Shown here: positions 1-12,401 of the stretch, piece after piece
Layout: every line of letters begins with the position of its first letter
How positions within the stretch are numbered: the first letter of the stretch is position 1
NCBI RefSeq assembly: GCF_001194135.2
Contig: NC_068984.1
Location: 56,958,403 to 57,022,402 of the forward strand
From: Octopus bimaculoides
Taxonomy: Eukaryota
Length of the DNA: 64,000 nt
Direction of reading: 5' to 3'
Translations under genes and position numbers: made by a program
Notes under the pieces: generated by a model
What the model saw: the letters and a program-made list of their open reading frames with translations, nothing else
What the model was told of the DNA's origin: nothing
Databases searched by the model: none

Positions 1-502
1 AAAACAAAAATAATGTAAATACAAAAATGTAAGTGCAGATGAGGGTAAACCCCAACAATTAGGGTATTCCTGTGAGGAGTAATGAGCTTAGGTATTATTA
101 GCTTTGAATGACATAATGAAGTAACAATGTTACACATACTATAATTAAGAGAATAGGTTGCGCACCTGTCATTGTGTCTGAGATATGTCACTAGAAGTAG
201 TAGTTGTTACTACAATGATTATTACACAATCCTTTTTTTTTAAAGCATATTTGTCAAACTGAAATGTTTGATAACACATATTACTTATTTATTGTTTTAC
301 ATAAATAATAATAATAATAATAGTAATAATAATAATAATAATTGTACTACCACCACCACAATCACCACCACCACTAATAATAATAATACTTGAAAAACTG
401 CTGAAAACTTGTGGATACCTAAGGTTACAGGTAATAACTCGCTACCCACATAAATCCTACCACGAATAAGACTGAACCTGAACCAATTGTAATAATATTA
501 AT

Positions 503-709
503 AATCCTTTCTACTATAAGTACAAAGCCTGAAATTTGGGGGAGGGAGATAATCAATTTCGTTGACACCAGTACTCAACTGGTACTTATTTTATTGACCC
601 TGAAAGGATGAAAGGCAAAGTCCACCTTTGTGGAATTTGAATTTGAGGATGTATGAAATACCACTAAGCATTTTGCCTGGCATTCTAGCAATACTGTCAG
701 CTCGCCACC

Positions 710-758
<49 letters not shown>

Positions 759-1480
759 TAATAATAATAGTTATAATAGTTGTAATAATAAAAATTGTAA
801 TAGTAATTGTAATAATAATAAAAATAATTGTAATAATAATAATTCTTTCTACTATTGGCACAGTGCCTGAAATTTTGGAGAAGGAAGCTAGTCGATTACA
901 TTAACCCCAGTACTTGACTGGTACTTATTTTATCAACCCCGAAAGGATGAAAAGCAACGCCGACCTTGGCAGAATTTGAATTCAGAACGTAAAGACGGAT
1001 AAAATACTGCTAAGTATTTTGTCTGGCATGCAAATGATTCTGCTAGCTTGCTGCCTCAGTGATAATATTAATAATTGTAATAATAACAAAAATTGCACTA
1101 ATTTAGGCAAAGTCCAGTAATTTACAAGGGAGATGATTAGCCTACAATAATAATTCTTTATGATTTCGGCACTAGGACAAAATAAACACTGCAAAGTATC
1201 TTATCCAACACTCTAATAACTCTGCTTGCTCCTCATCCAATAATAATAATAATAGTGATAATAATAATTATAGCAACTTCTTATATAAGCAGATAGCCAG
1301 AAATTTGTTGGTGAGTGGGATTAGTTGATTAAATAAACCTCAGTACTTGACTGGTACTTTTGGGAGATGGAAGTCAAACCCAACCTTATCAAGATTAGAA
1401 CACTGAATGCAAAAGGATACAGTGAATTGCCACAAGATATTTTGTCTGAAACTCTTCCAGTTCTGTTAATCTACCATGCT
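503..1480 (-). mobile_element. Tandem cluster of tRNA-head SINE copies (family C, (ATT)n tail): 503-711, 842-1056, and degraded copies to about 1480
   Basis: Repeated block ggtacttatttt..accccgaaaggatgaaaggcaaagt..gaatttgaa. The reverse complement has a tRNA-like head and the core gactttgcctttcatcctttcggggtcgataaaataagtaccag, which resembles the Meta-SINE core domain (inference). Confidence 0.85.
711..843. repeat. Compound (AAT)n/(AAC)/(AGT) microsatellite
   Basis: Read directly from the sequence; it produces the poly-Asn ORF 628-870. Confidence 0.95.
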
Positions 1481-2119
1481 AATAATCAGACAATAACTTT
1501 CATTTTTTCACCACAGGCTATTAAGTGCAAACATGGCATACAAATGTCAAAGTGTTTGTTTCATATATCAATAATGCACTACTATGTAATAAAGTTAGAC
1601 ATGATTGAAGTTTACCATAGAAATAATACTGCGTAAAAGATGAAATAGATTGTAGCTATGTGATTGATTTTTACACAACAAATTTCTATCAATAGAAATA
1701 TATAAAGTTGTTGCTACCATAGTTGTTATTGAAGTACCCAAGAATACATGCAGTGGCCATATTATAAATCTGTTTTACTGTTTCATCATTACTACAATCC
1801 ATTGACATGACAATAATGTGTGTTGTTCACAATATTATCAGGCAGTTGTCTCAGATATATGCATGTCATTTAAATATTTTACAGCACTCTGTCGTATATT
1901 AATTGATTGGTCAACCTGAAAATTCTTTTATATTGCCTACATGAAATTTCCTTATAGTAATATTGATTTCTAACAGGCTAAAGGTCATGTTTGTGGTATT
2001 GGTATATTTGATTAAATCATTGACTCAGGAAGGATGAAAAGTAATGATGATCATAGTAGGATTTGAACACTGAATGTGAAGAGACATAAAGAATGGGCAT
2101 TCAACTACTTGTGTCAAAT

Positions 2120-2335
2120 AATGATTTCAAATTTTGGCACAAGGCCAGCAATTTTAGGGGAGGCGATAAGTTGATTACATTGACCCTAGTGCTCAACTTA
2201 CTTATTTTATCAACCCTGAAAGGATGAAAGGCAAAGTTGATCTTGGTGGAATCTGAATTCAGAATGCAAAGACTGACAAAATACTGCTAAGCATTTGGCT
2301 TGATGTGATAATGAATCTGTCAACTTGCCACCTAA
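2120..2335 (-). mobile_element. Family C SINE copy
   Basis: aaattttggcacaaggcc...aggatgaaaggcaaagttgatc...caacttgccacct. Confidence 0.85.
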
Positions 2336-2924
2336 CTTATGTCAAATAATAATCATTTGTATGTATGAATGATGTGCAAGACTATTTTTGGTGTTGGTGA
2401 TTGTGTGCAGTTGGAAAATAGTGACATAGCTGTCTGCTCTGAGCATAACAATATAACTAAAATAGAGCTATTCTAATTGTTTGTCGACTTGGTTCATTGA
2501 GTTGTTGATGACAGTGGTAGTGGAATTTCATTAATAATATATTATTTTTACTATTTTTTTCCCCCCATTCATTGTTCAAAACAAAAAGAAACCCAACTCT
2601 ATAATAAATGGTGGTGAGGGAACCGTGAATTAAGGGGAAAAAAATGTTGTGGTCTCTAAGACTACATTTAACATTTATACATTAGGGGAGTTTTGGTTAT
2701 TTATTACAGCAATGTATTTTATTACTTCACTTACTGTTGTTATCTTTGTATCTAATGCTTATAAAGAAACAATACGTCTATTCTATACAGGAGAGAGAGT
2801 GGAAATAAGGATAATTGTGTTATTTGTACCTTTACCAAAGGAATTATTATCAATATAGTATTAGCTCAGACCAGCTCTGATTAAGTATATATATGAGTAA
2901 CATTATATATATATATATATATAT

Positions 2925-3606
2925 ATATAATGAATTTATTGTATACAGTGCTCAGTTACACTATATAATGAATTTATTGTATACAGTGCTCAGTTACACT
3001 ACAACTCATCAGAAAAAGTAACATGAATAGTACATTGAATATGCACAGGAAGTGAATAGTGAATAAGTCTTTAAAAAATATGTGGGGACATCAGAAGTAC
3101 TGTTCTATATTTTAGAGATGAGGAATTCTGTACATTGTTTACATTGGACAAATATGTCTCCTCATCTTGTTTATTGTTACCACAATGTTTCAGCTGATTT
3201 ATTCTCCAGCCTTCATCAGGTGTCCTGGAAGAATTTTGAACCCAACCCTGGGTTCTCATTCCTAAGATATTTTTTTGCTGATGTTATTATTATTACTATT
3301 ATTTATTCAAGGCACTGCCTGGAAATGAACACGCAATCTTGAGGTTAATAGCCTGTGCTCTTAACCATTACACTATATGCCCATGGGCTGTTATACATCT
3401 TTGGAATGAGAAGCCAGGGTTGGGTTCAAAATTCTACCAGGACACTTGATGAAGGCTGGAGAGTAAATCAGCCGAAACGTGATAACAACAAACAAGATGA
3501 AGACACATATCCGTCCAATGTAAATAATGTAAATATCAGGAGAACTGTTAGTGAATTTCAAGAAGCATGGAAGTTTTGAAGGATGTAGTCTCTCAACAGC
3601 TAACAA
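2925..3606 (-). mobile_element. 3' end of a CR1/L2-type LINE, split by a Penelope insertion (pieces 2929-3065 and 3540-3606)
   Basis: Both pieces are reverse complements of parts of the LINE end at 57100-57540 (gatgagttgtagtgcacctgagcac; gttgttagttgccgagac..catcc..gaaattc). Confidence 0.6.
3097..3535. mobile_element. Inverted pair of Penelope-like element termini (pLTR fragments) carrying hammerhead-like motifs
   Basis: Arms 3130-3262 and 3403-3533 are reverse complements; each carries (C/T)TGATGAAGGCTG..CAGC(C/T)GAAAC. Confidence 0.7.
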
Positions 3607-3940
3607 CTGACTGTCGGTAGTTTATTCCATGCTTTAGGAATACTGTGCATGAAAAAATGTTTCTGACGTATCTTTCTGTCTTTACTCTCTGCAGGCTACT
3701 AATTCTAATTTGAAATATGCTTTTAGATTTTGTTTATTTTACACATTTGCCAGCTTTATTACTGTTGTTTTTAATTTTTGAAGTTAAAAACAAAAATATC
3801 ACTACCACTTTCTTGGTTGTCTTTTTTGGAATTTGACTCTATTGTAAGCATTCAGACCAAATCTCCTCCCATTTCCTCCCCATCCACATTTTGCCCGTTG
3901 TTTTTCTTATGTTTGGGATGGACCATTGCATGGAATTGTT

Positions 3941-4318
3941 GGCACTCCATCGCTTACGATGTCAAGGGTTCCAGTTGATCCGATCAACGGAACAGCTTGC
4001 TCATGAAATTAATGTGCAAGTGGCTGAGCACTCCACAGACATGTGTACCCTTAATGTAGTTCTCAGGGATATTCAGCGTGACACAGTGTGACAAGGCTGG
4101 CCCTTTGAAATACAGGTACAACAGAAACAGGAAGAAAGAGTGAGAGAAAGTTGTGGTGAAAGAGTACAGCAGGGTTCGCTACCATCCCCTGCCGGAGCCT
4201 CGTGGAACTTTAGGTGTTTTCGCTCAATAAACACTCACAACGCCCAGTCTGGGAATCGAAGCCGCGATCCTATGACAGCGAGTCCGCTGTCTTAACCACT
4301 GGGCCATTGCGCCTCCAC
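3941..4318 (-). mobile_element. tRNA-derived SINE (family B, tRNA-Arg-like head; possibly the octopus OR-type SINE)
   Basis: The minus strand begins gtggaggcgcaatggcccagtggttaag with a B-box ggcttcgattccc; flanked by ttgcatggaat at 3926-3936 and 4321-4331 (probable TSD). Confidence 0.9.
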
Positions 4319-5803
4319 CTTTGCATGGAATGCTCAACTACTTATATGATGCTGATTTCATAGATAGATAGTTCAGTTATACAACAAATGGAAGGGTGAT
4401 TCATCACAGCTGGGGCAACTATATTCCTCTTCCCAAATGTGTGAATTTATATCTATTTTAAAAGCAAATTGACCAAAGGTGTTCTAGTGGTTTTCATTGC
4501 AATGTTCTTGCTGGCATAATGCAAACCAATTTATTTCACTTTATTTCACTCTTTCATTGATTGTACTCATGGGCGTGGGAACAGGGGGAGCAGGGAGTGC
4601 AAGTGCACATCTTAAAATTTTTGGAGGGTGCAAAATCAAAATTTGCATCTCTACTTACTTTTCTCAGGTTTAGAAAACAGTGCATAAGGAGTGATCTGTA
4701 AAAAGGAGCTTGAAGTTAGGTTTCTTCTTGATGAACAAAAATAAATAACAAAAACAAAATGATCTTGTTTGAAAAAATTTTGAATCTGAGTTTGCACCCT
4801 CTAAGCTAATTTCGTTCCTGAGCTAGTAGTGCTTATACTTGCAGATCATTAGTAATTTCCTTGGATTCTACTGTTTACTTTAGGATCTAGGACTAAATCT
4901 TTTAATATGCCTTTTTTAAAGACCAGGTGTTATGATTTGAGTGAACTTTGGATGTTATTTCTAGCAGAATGAGCAACCCCATAGAAGTAGTTTCAAGTAG
5001 GAATGTAAACTAGGTCACAGATTTGGATCACCAAGAACTTAATGCCCTTTGTGTGAGTGTGTGTGTGTTGTGCATACATATTCATATTGTACAGTTTTTC
5101 CATTTATCTCAGTAAAAGGTTTTGTACACACAATCATATTGTACAGTGTTTCCACTTGTCTTAGTAAAAGGTTATTTTAGTGGATAATTGAGTAATTTGA
5201 ATCTGCTTTGGAGGTCCTTGCTTTATTCATGTATTTATTAACTCCTAAGTTTTGCACCTGTTTACTTCAAGTAAATCAAGTCTGCCAGTTACTTAATTAT
5301 TTATGTATTTATAGAGTTGAGGTTATGTGTGTGTGTGTGTGAGTGTGTGTGTGTGTGTGAGATCCCTTCTTTCTGGTAATGTCTGTTACACTGAATTTTA
5401 TGGGTACTTGTAATGCATGAAGTGGTTAATTTCTCTTTTGAGACATGATATGCCTGTAAGTTCTTATAAAATTTAGGCTGGGTGCTAATTTTACAGATTT
5501 AATGTTAGGGATGTAAACTTATTTCGCTAAACTGAAGTGTTTCTTTGGTTTTTTTTTGTTTTATGTTAGTGCATATTAGTATAGCGTCATTAAGTCTTAG
5601 TAGCCAGTTAGAATTAAACTGCTGTAGTCATTATTATTATCATCATTATCATCATTCTTGCCATAAGCACATCTTTCTTTTTTCTTTAAAATTCTTTGAG
5701 ATTTATAGCACTTGTATTTTTATTCTAAGATTAGTGCTTGAATACTACATTATAATTGCTTTCATTTTTGTTATGTTTAATGATCAAATATAATAGATTA
5801 TCA

Positions 5804-6030
5804 TTAATCCTTTAGTATTTAAACTGGCCATATCAGGCAGAAATATTCTACTCCTTCTAGTCTGGCCTCTCACACCTACCCTAAAATGTCATTATAAAAA
5901 TATACAATAGTGTCACTGAAATCTCAAAGCTACAAGATAATACATAATTGATTCAAATCAATGTGAATAAAAAAGCATTAAATGCGATAAAAAGGAATTA
6001 AACAGGATAATCTGAATGCTAAAGGGTTAA
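5804..6030. mobile_element. piggyBac-type MITE (TTAA TSD, TIR ccctttagcatt..aatgctaaaggg)
   Basis: TTAA-tcctttagtattt ... aatgctaaaggg-TTAA; same family as 52759-52984. Confidence 0.8.
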
Positions 6031-6120
6031 AGTAAAAAAAATAAACAATCCTATTTTTTATTTTCTAAAGAAAATATATGTTTCTTAATGAATTTTTCTT
6101 ATTTTCTGTTTTCTCTTTAG

Positions 6121-6189
6121 GTAAGTCCAGACATTTCACTTTGTAATAAACTTCTCAAAGATTTGTGTCCATTGATAAAACCTGATTTG
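6121..6189 (+). CDS. Candidate coding exon (69 nt, phase 0>0): VSPDISLCNKLLKDLCPLIKPDL
   Basis: Strong acceptor ttttctgttttctctttag| and donor TTG|gtaagt; only frame 0 is open. An alternative acceptor ccag| at 6130 is possible. Confidence 0.75.
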
Positions 6190-7065
6190 GTAAGTTTCAT
6201 TTGGTTCATAAAATTCATTACACAACACAACCAATATGGTTGCCAGCTGCTCAAGGTATCAACTGAGGATTCATAAATTAATTCTAATTCTAACAAAATC
6301 ATTGACATTCTCAGAGTGATTTCATAGCTATGTACTTCTTTTTAATTTTGCTTTTGATTTTTCCTCCAAAATTTATTTCTTTCCACCTCTTTTCTGTTTC
6401 TTTCTCATATCTGTTCAACTTCACCAATAAGATCAATTTAGAGTGAGTGAGAAGATGGACTTGCATGGCTACATGCCTGACAACAGTTACATGTAAATAT
6501 ACTACAGAACAGTGGTTCATAAACTAGGTAGTAGCACTCTTTTGAGGAAATGTATGATCACAAAGGAGTGGCAAATATCAAGGAGCTGCCTGGGGAAGCA
6601 CTGGGTACACTGTTAATATAAATCAAAATATAATTTTGTTTTAGAAGTCTTTACCATCCTTAGTAATTTCCATGAAAATTTAGCATAGGGAGTTCAGGCA
6701 AATATGTAAAAAACAAAAATGGATGGAATAATATAAGAAAATATGGGTTAACAAACCACTGTAAAAAGACTAGCTTCTGTTTGATTAAAATAATCTTTTT
6801 TTTTTAAACAAGCTATTAGGAAGGGCTTTTGTAAAATGCCATTTAGTGAGAGGAGGGCACTGAACTACAAAAGGTTAAGAACTACTGCCATAATATATAT
6901 GAATAGATTATAATCATACAAATTTAGTCAACACTGCATATGTAATTGAGTACACTAGACAAGAAATATCTACATGAACTCTTTGCAAGCAGAAAATGTG
7001 TGTGTGTGTAGCTCAGTCTTAAGGAACTTTTCTTAGTGTGTCAGTTATGAACAGTCACATATAGA

Positions 7066-7318
7066 GGTGGTGAGCAGGCAGAATCATTAATTAGTACACC
7101 AAACAAAATGCTGAGCAGCATTTCATCCATCTTTATGTTCTGCGTTAAAATTTTGCCAAGGTCAACTTTGCCAAGGTCAACTTTACCAAGGTCAACTTTG
7201 CCTTTCATCCGTTTGAGGTCGATAAAATAAGTACCAATTGAGTACTGGGGTTGATGCAATCAACTTACCATTTTCCCTGAAATTGCAGGCCTTGTGTCAG
7301 AATTTGAAACCAATAATT
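7066..7318 (+). mobile_element. Family C SINE copy with an internal 15-bp triplication
   Basis: Head ggtggtgagcaggcagaatc; core gcctttcatccgtttgaggtcgataaaataagtacc; (ttgccaaggtcaact)x3 at 7153-7197. Confidence 0.85.
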
Positions 7319-8852
7319 AACAGTCACATAGACAATATTAGTGTTTTATTTCCATTGCATACAGTACAACCTGCATCAGAGGTAGAGGCTACCTTCAGTT
7401 CCTGATCCCAACCTTTCTCTCTAATTAATAATGAACTATGTCACCTTTGTAATCTATTTCATTTCTATGTAACAAAGTCATATAACTTCTTGTAATTATA
7501 TTATGTTCAGAATAGGGGCACATTGAAAATTTATACATTGCTGCAGTTAGAGATAGTAGCATGCCTTTGGCCAATATGCTAACACTTGTTCATCAATATT
7601 TCAAGATTATATAAAACACCTCGACATATTAGCTTAAATTGTTCTCAAGACATTGTTGTTACTAATTTTATCAACTACATAAGAGAAGCATATTGGCAGT
7701 ATTGTTAGAGAGTTGGACAAAATTCCATTTGGCACTTAGTTACAGCTTTTTATATAGTCAGTTCAAATTCCACTAAGGTAAGCTTTTCAGAGTTGATGAA
7801 ATAAACTGCTTGTCAAATACTGTTATTAATTTATCAACTAAAGTAACAAACTGGCAGAAGCATTAACCTGTTGGGCAAAATGCAAAATGCTTAGTCGCAT
7901 GTTGTCTGTCTTTACATTCTGAGTCAAAATATAATATAGTTTTGAAATGATTTAAAAGAGAAAAGATTTATTCTATATTTTTACATATATGCCATCATAT
8001 TTTTATATTTCCAAGAGTAGTGGGAAAACATAGAATGCTTGGTGAAACACTATATATTATATATCATATCCTCCATTCAAATCTCACTGAGATCAACTAA
8101 GCTTTTCATGCCTTTCAGGTGTGATGAAATAAACACCACTCAAGTACAAGCTTAAATTCAATCAACTTCACTCCTTCACAAATTTGTGGCCTCATGCCAA
8201 AGTTAGATAATATAATTTCCATAATTTCTTTATGTCTGTCTTACACATTTAGTTTCTTAGATGAGTAATCTTTTCTTTCTTTTTTTTTTGTTCATTAAAT
8301 GATAATTATTCACTGACTTTGTTGAGCACAAATGAAATGAGAAAGTAATTGGAAATGAAGGAAAATTGTGGATAAATGATGATAGATGTGACAAAGGAAA
8401 TAACAGCTTCGTATATGTAATGATATGGAATGATGCATGCTAGAATAAAGAGTATTAATTTTCGCAGGTATGCCACACACACACACGTGTGTGTGTTTGA
8501 GCATGTGCTGTTTGGATTTCATATTCCTTGTGAATTCATATCCTGTCTCAGTTGGTCAGTTTATATGGCACAGCTCCTCAGCTCACTTAGTTGTGGTACT
8601 GGATAAGTAGATTCCAGATGATCTGGTTATATTACTTGTGATAAAGTGCAAATCCTTTGTCTTTCAACTGCTTAAAGCAATATAATCTTGAGCTAAGCTC
8701 TGACCTTATGAACCTCTTTTGTCATCTTGTAGACCATGTTTAATATAGCCTCAGTTCAAGAACTAAAATCACTTAAAGAGTATGAGTGTGCGTATATGTG
8801 TCTGCACATGTGCATGTATGTACACACACACGATGAGGAAAGCATAAATATA

Positions 8853-9236
8853 GTGGTACTCCGTCGGTTGCGACAATGAGGGTTCCAGTTGATCCGATCA
8901 ACAGAACACCCTGCTTGTGAAATTAACGTGCAAGTGGCTGAGTACTCCACAAACACGTATACCTTTAATGTAGTTCTCAGAGAGATTCAGCGTGACACAG
9001 ATTGTGACTAGGCTGGCCCTTTAAAATACAGGTACAACAGAAACAGGATGAAAGAATAAGAGAAAGTTGTGGTGAAAGAGTACAGCAGGGTTTGCCACCA
9101 CCCCCTGCCGGAGCCTCATGGAACTTTAGTTGTTTTCACTCAATAAACATTCACAACGCCCGGTCTGGGAATCGAAACCACGATATCCTACGACTGCAAG
9201 TTCGCTGCCCTAACTACTGGGCCATTGTGCCTTTAC
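8853..9236 (-). mobile_element. Family B tRNA-derived SINE copy
   Basis: Near-identical to 3941-4318. Confidence 0.9.
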
Positions 9237-11334
9237 ATAGTAATAATTATGGTAGATGCTTTAAGTAATATAATAGTTCTCTCCTGTTGCATGATATATT
9301 CTATTGCAGATGGCCATGAGTGTAAAACTTAATTATTTAATCTAATTTAGATGATTGATGATCACCTAGCAAAATAAATGAAATTAACTTAATTTTAAAT
9401 AAGGCATTGACTTTCATAGTCAAGCTATTTATTAATTTAGTTGCCTAAGTGCGAATATTATTTCATTTTGACTTTTTCTTGACCATTCTTAACCCTAGAT
9501 TCCATCAACCAATTGCTATAAGCATCTGCTCACCTAGCTCTCTTTCCTGCTGTTTCTAAATCATTACCATCTTTCCTACATTTGCAGTCTTCAGTTTTGA
9601 TTCCACAGACCATCTGATTCCATGCTGTTTTTTAGCCTCATAGGGATTTAATTTACTTTGGAGTCATGCAGTTATGAAGTAACTTTTAACTGACATATGC
9701 TGACCTGCCTGCTCATCCATCCATCTACCTATTTAAACACACATGTATGCACTTACACATGCATTCATAACACTTTATCTGTATAGATATACACATACAA
9801 GAGAAAAGTAATTATATATTCACATTTATGCATATGCATTAATTTTATAAATTGATGTGTGTGTGTATGTGTGCATAAAATAAATCATAATTTTTTAATG
9901 TTCTCTTCTAAATCATATATCATAGATCATAATTTTCTTACACTATAAACATTACTGAGATTATTCTTATTTTCTTCAAATAAAGTTCCTTTCTATGAGA
10001 ATCAAAAAAAAAGGAAAAATTCTAAAAATTGGTTACATATTAAAGCTTATATACCTATCTACAACAATTTACAACTGCTTTAGCTGCTAAAACAAGCAAA
10101 TTAATAAAATTATCAAAGCAAAGTAATGTTAGGTTTTATACTTGACTAGGAAGGAAAAAGAACAAACATTATTTAAGTAATGGATGAATTTTTTTATGTT
10201 CACACTAATTGCACCAATATTTTTTTCTATTGAACTTTTGAAAAAATTAATTGAACTTTTTTGAAATATTTTGTGATGTTCATGTGAGAAATTAAATAAT
10301 ATTTTATTGAAGTTAGTTTTTTAAGAAAAAAAAATTATGATATTCATGTTAATGATCGAGTATCACTGGTAATTTCTGTTTTAAAAAATATCTGTTTGAC
10401 CTTTTAAAATCTTAGAATTTTGCTTAAAAATGTCAAACTGATATTAAAAAAAAAAAATTTTTACGTAATATATCTTCACAGGTTTGTGTGTGTGTATTAA
10501 TGTTTTATTAAGCATATAGTATTAAAACTTGAAGTAAGTTATTTTTACTATAAGACATGCAAAATTTATTAATGATCACAATATTAAAACTTTTTGTTCT
10601 TTATTTAAACTTCTTATTTATTAACAAAATAAATTAAACAAAAATGGAAAATTAAAAGCTAGGAAAAGTAAGATTGTTTGATAAGTTTTTAAATTTTTTT
10701 TATACTATCTCTTAGAGTAAATCAAACTGAAATGAGCTTTAGGATTTTGTTTTATTGTTGACTCTTTATTTTTAACACTAATGTAAATTTTAGTGAACAA
10801 CTGAATACTTATTTTGCATTTTTTCTATGATATTTTTTTTTGTCTGTATTGGTGGGAGTTGTGGAATTTTTTAGTTATCATATTTCTTATAGCATTTCTT
10901 TTATTTAGATATATATAATGTCAAATTTATTTATGTCAATTCAAACTTACCACAACTGCCAAATGTGGAATTTGGTACATTTATTTTCCTCTCCAAGTGT
11001 CACATTGCATAAAAGCTTGAAATGTCAGATATAACTGAAGTTCAACTTAACTTTTGAGTATTGTTCAAATGTTTAGAATTGGAAAATACTACACAAGGTA
11101 GTTTCTTTATTGAGTTTCTTGTCTTCTTTGAAACTTTCTTGCAAAGTATTATGAAACTACTGAATTTCAGCTATAAGGCAATCATGCAGTGATGATGCCA
11201 ACTTGATTTTTATGCTTATCTTAATCAGTTTCATATTTTTAAATTGTTCATTTGTATCCAATCACAAATTTCAAGTGAAAGTTGTTTCAAATGCATTTAG
11301 AAATGTCAAACAGACTTACATTCATCTTTTCTTC

Positions 11335-11499
11335 AATCATCATCAACATCATGATTTAATGTCCATTTTCCTAGCTAGCAAGGGTTAGGCAGCTTGATAA
11401 GAACTGGCAAGGTTGGCGAGCCTCACCAGGTTGCATAGCTTGGTTTCTGCAGCTGGATGTCCTTCTTAACGCTAACCACTTTACATGGCACCATCACCC

Positions 11500-11505
<6 letters not shown>
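11335..11505 (-). mobile_element. (CAT)n/(GAT)n-tailed SINE fragment (family F)
   Basis: catcatgatttaatgtccattttcctagctagc..ctggatgtccttcttaacgctaaccact; same family as 20420-20690. Confidence 0.7.
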
Positions 11506-11535
<30 letters not shown>

Positions 11536-11545
11536 NNNNNNNNNN
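11536..11545. other. Assembly gap (10 N) within a (TA)n microsatellite
   Basis: N run. Confidence 1.
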
Positions 11546-11581
<36 letters not shown>

Positions 11582-12395
11582 CAAACCACAGTCTCTGATA
11601 TTTACTCTTGATCTTTTGTCTGAGAAGAGGATATATATATGCATAAGTTTAGGACTAACCAATGTATCTTCTTTATTGTAAAATATGTGGCTTAACTCTT
11701 AATGATTAGGTACCACTGTGTGGCACATTTTATCAATTCATTATTTTAGAGGAAAGAGAAACAAGTAACTATGATTTGACTTTCTATTATTGAAAAAGCA
11801 TGGATTTTTCATTTTGTTTATGAAAATATTCATAATTAGCCACATAAATAAGGGTATTTCAGAGTCTCAAAAACCTATAAGTCTTACGAAGTCTAACCCA
11901 CCTCCTCCCAAAGTGATATTTTTATTGGACCATTTAAAGAGTTATATTTAAGAATATCAGTGATACTAATATTCATTTAGTCACAATCCAGCTGCTTCTT
12001 CAGGCATAGAATATTGCTTTTTAACAAGACTGCCAGGTTCATTTCTGTTTAGAATGCAGATTGTTTCTCACCAGGAGCAGAGTCTAGTTCACAGATATAA
12101 TTAGCAATGTGTCTCTAGTTCTCTGTTTATTTATCCTTCTGACATGTGCATCGAAGATAATTAGCTGTTACTGTCTTTTGTTATTGTATTTGCATGTCTC
12201 AATTTCCTAGAAATACTGTGAAGTTGTTTAGTTAATTTTATCTGTATTTCATGGAAACACTACTGGATTGATTAGTTGGTTGAGTACTAAGTACAAATTT
12301 ACATTATAATTTTAACTGCCTACATAAAAATTATATATATGTCTATATATGTATGTGTGTGTGTATATATGTATGTATTTATATATGTGTGTATG

Positions 12396-12401
<6 letters not shown>

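Noticed and set aside
628-870. Poly-Asn ORF, and similar low-complexity ORFs (YIYI, HTHT, ERER, LSLS, XXXX) in the track
   Set aside because: These are translations of microsatellites, SINEs or N gaps, with no splice or homology support.
3695-3778. Strong acceptor tctttctgtctttactctctgcag| followed by ATNSNLKYAFRF...
   Set aside because: No convincing donor in a phase that joins exon 6121; left unresolved.
4260-4318. tRNA-like A/B boxes in the heads of SINE families A, B and C
   Set aside because: They continue into non-tRNA SINE bodies and lack a complete cloverleaf, so they are not tRNA genes.
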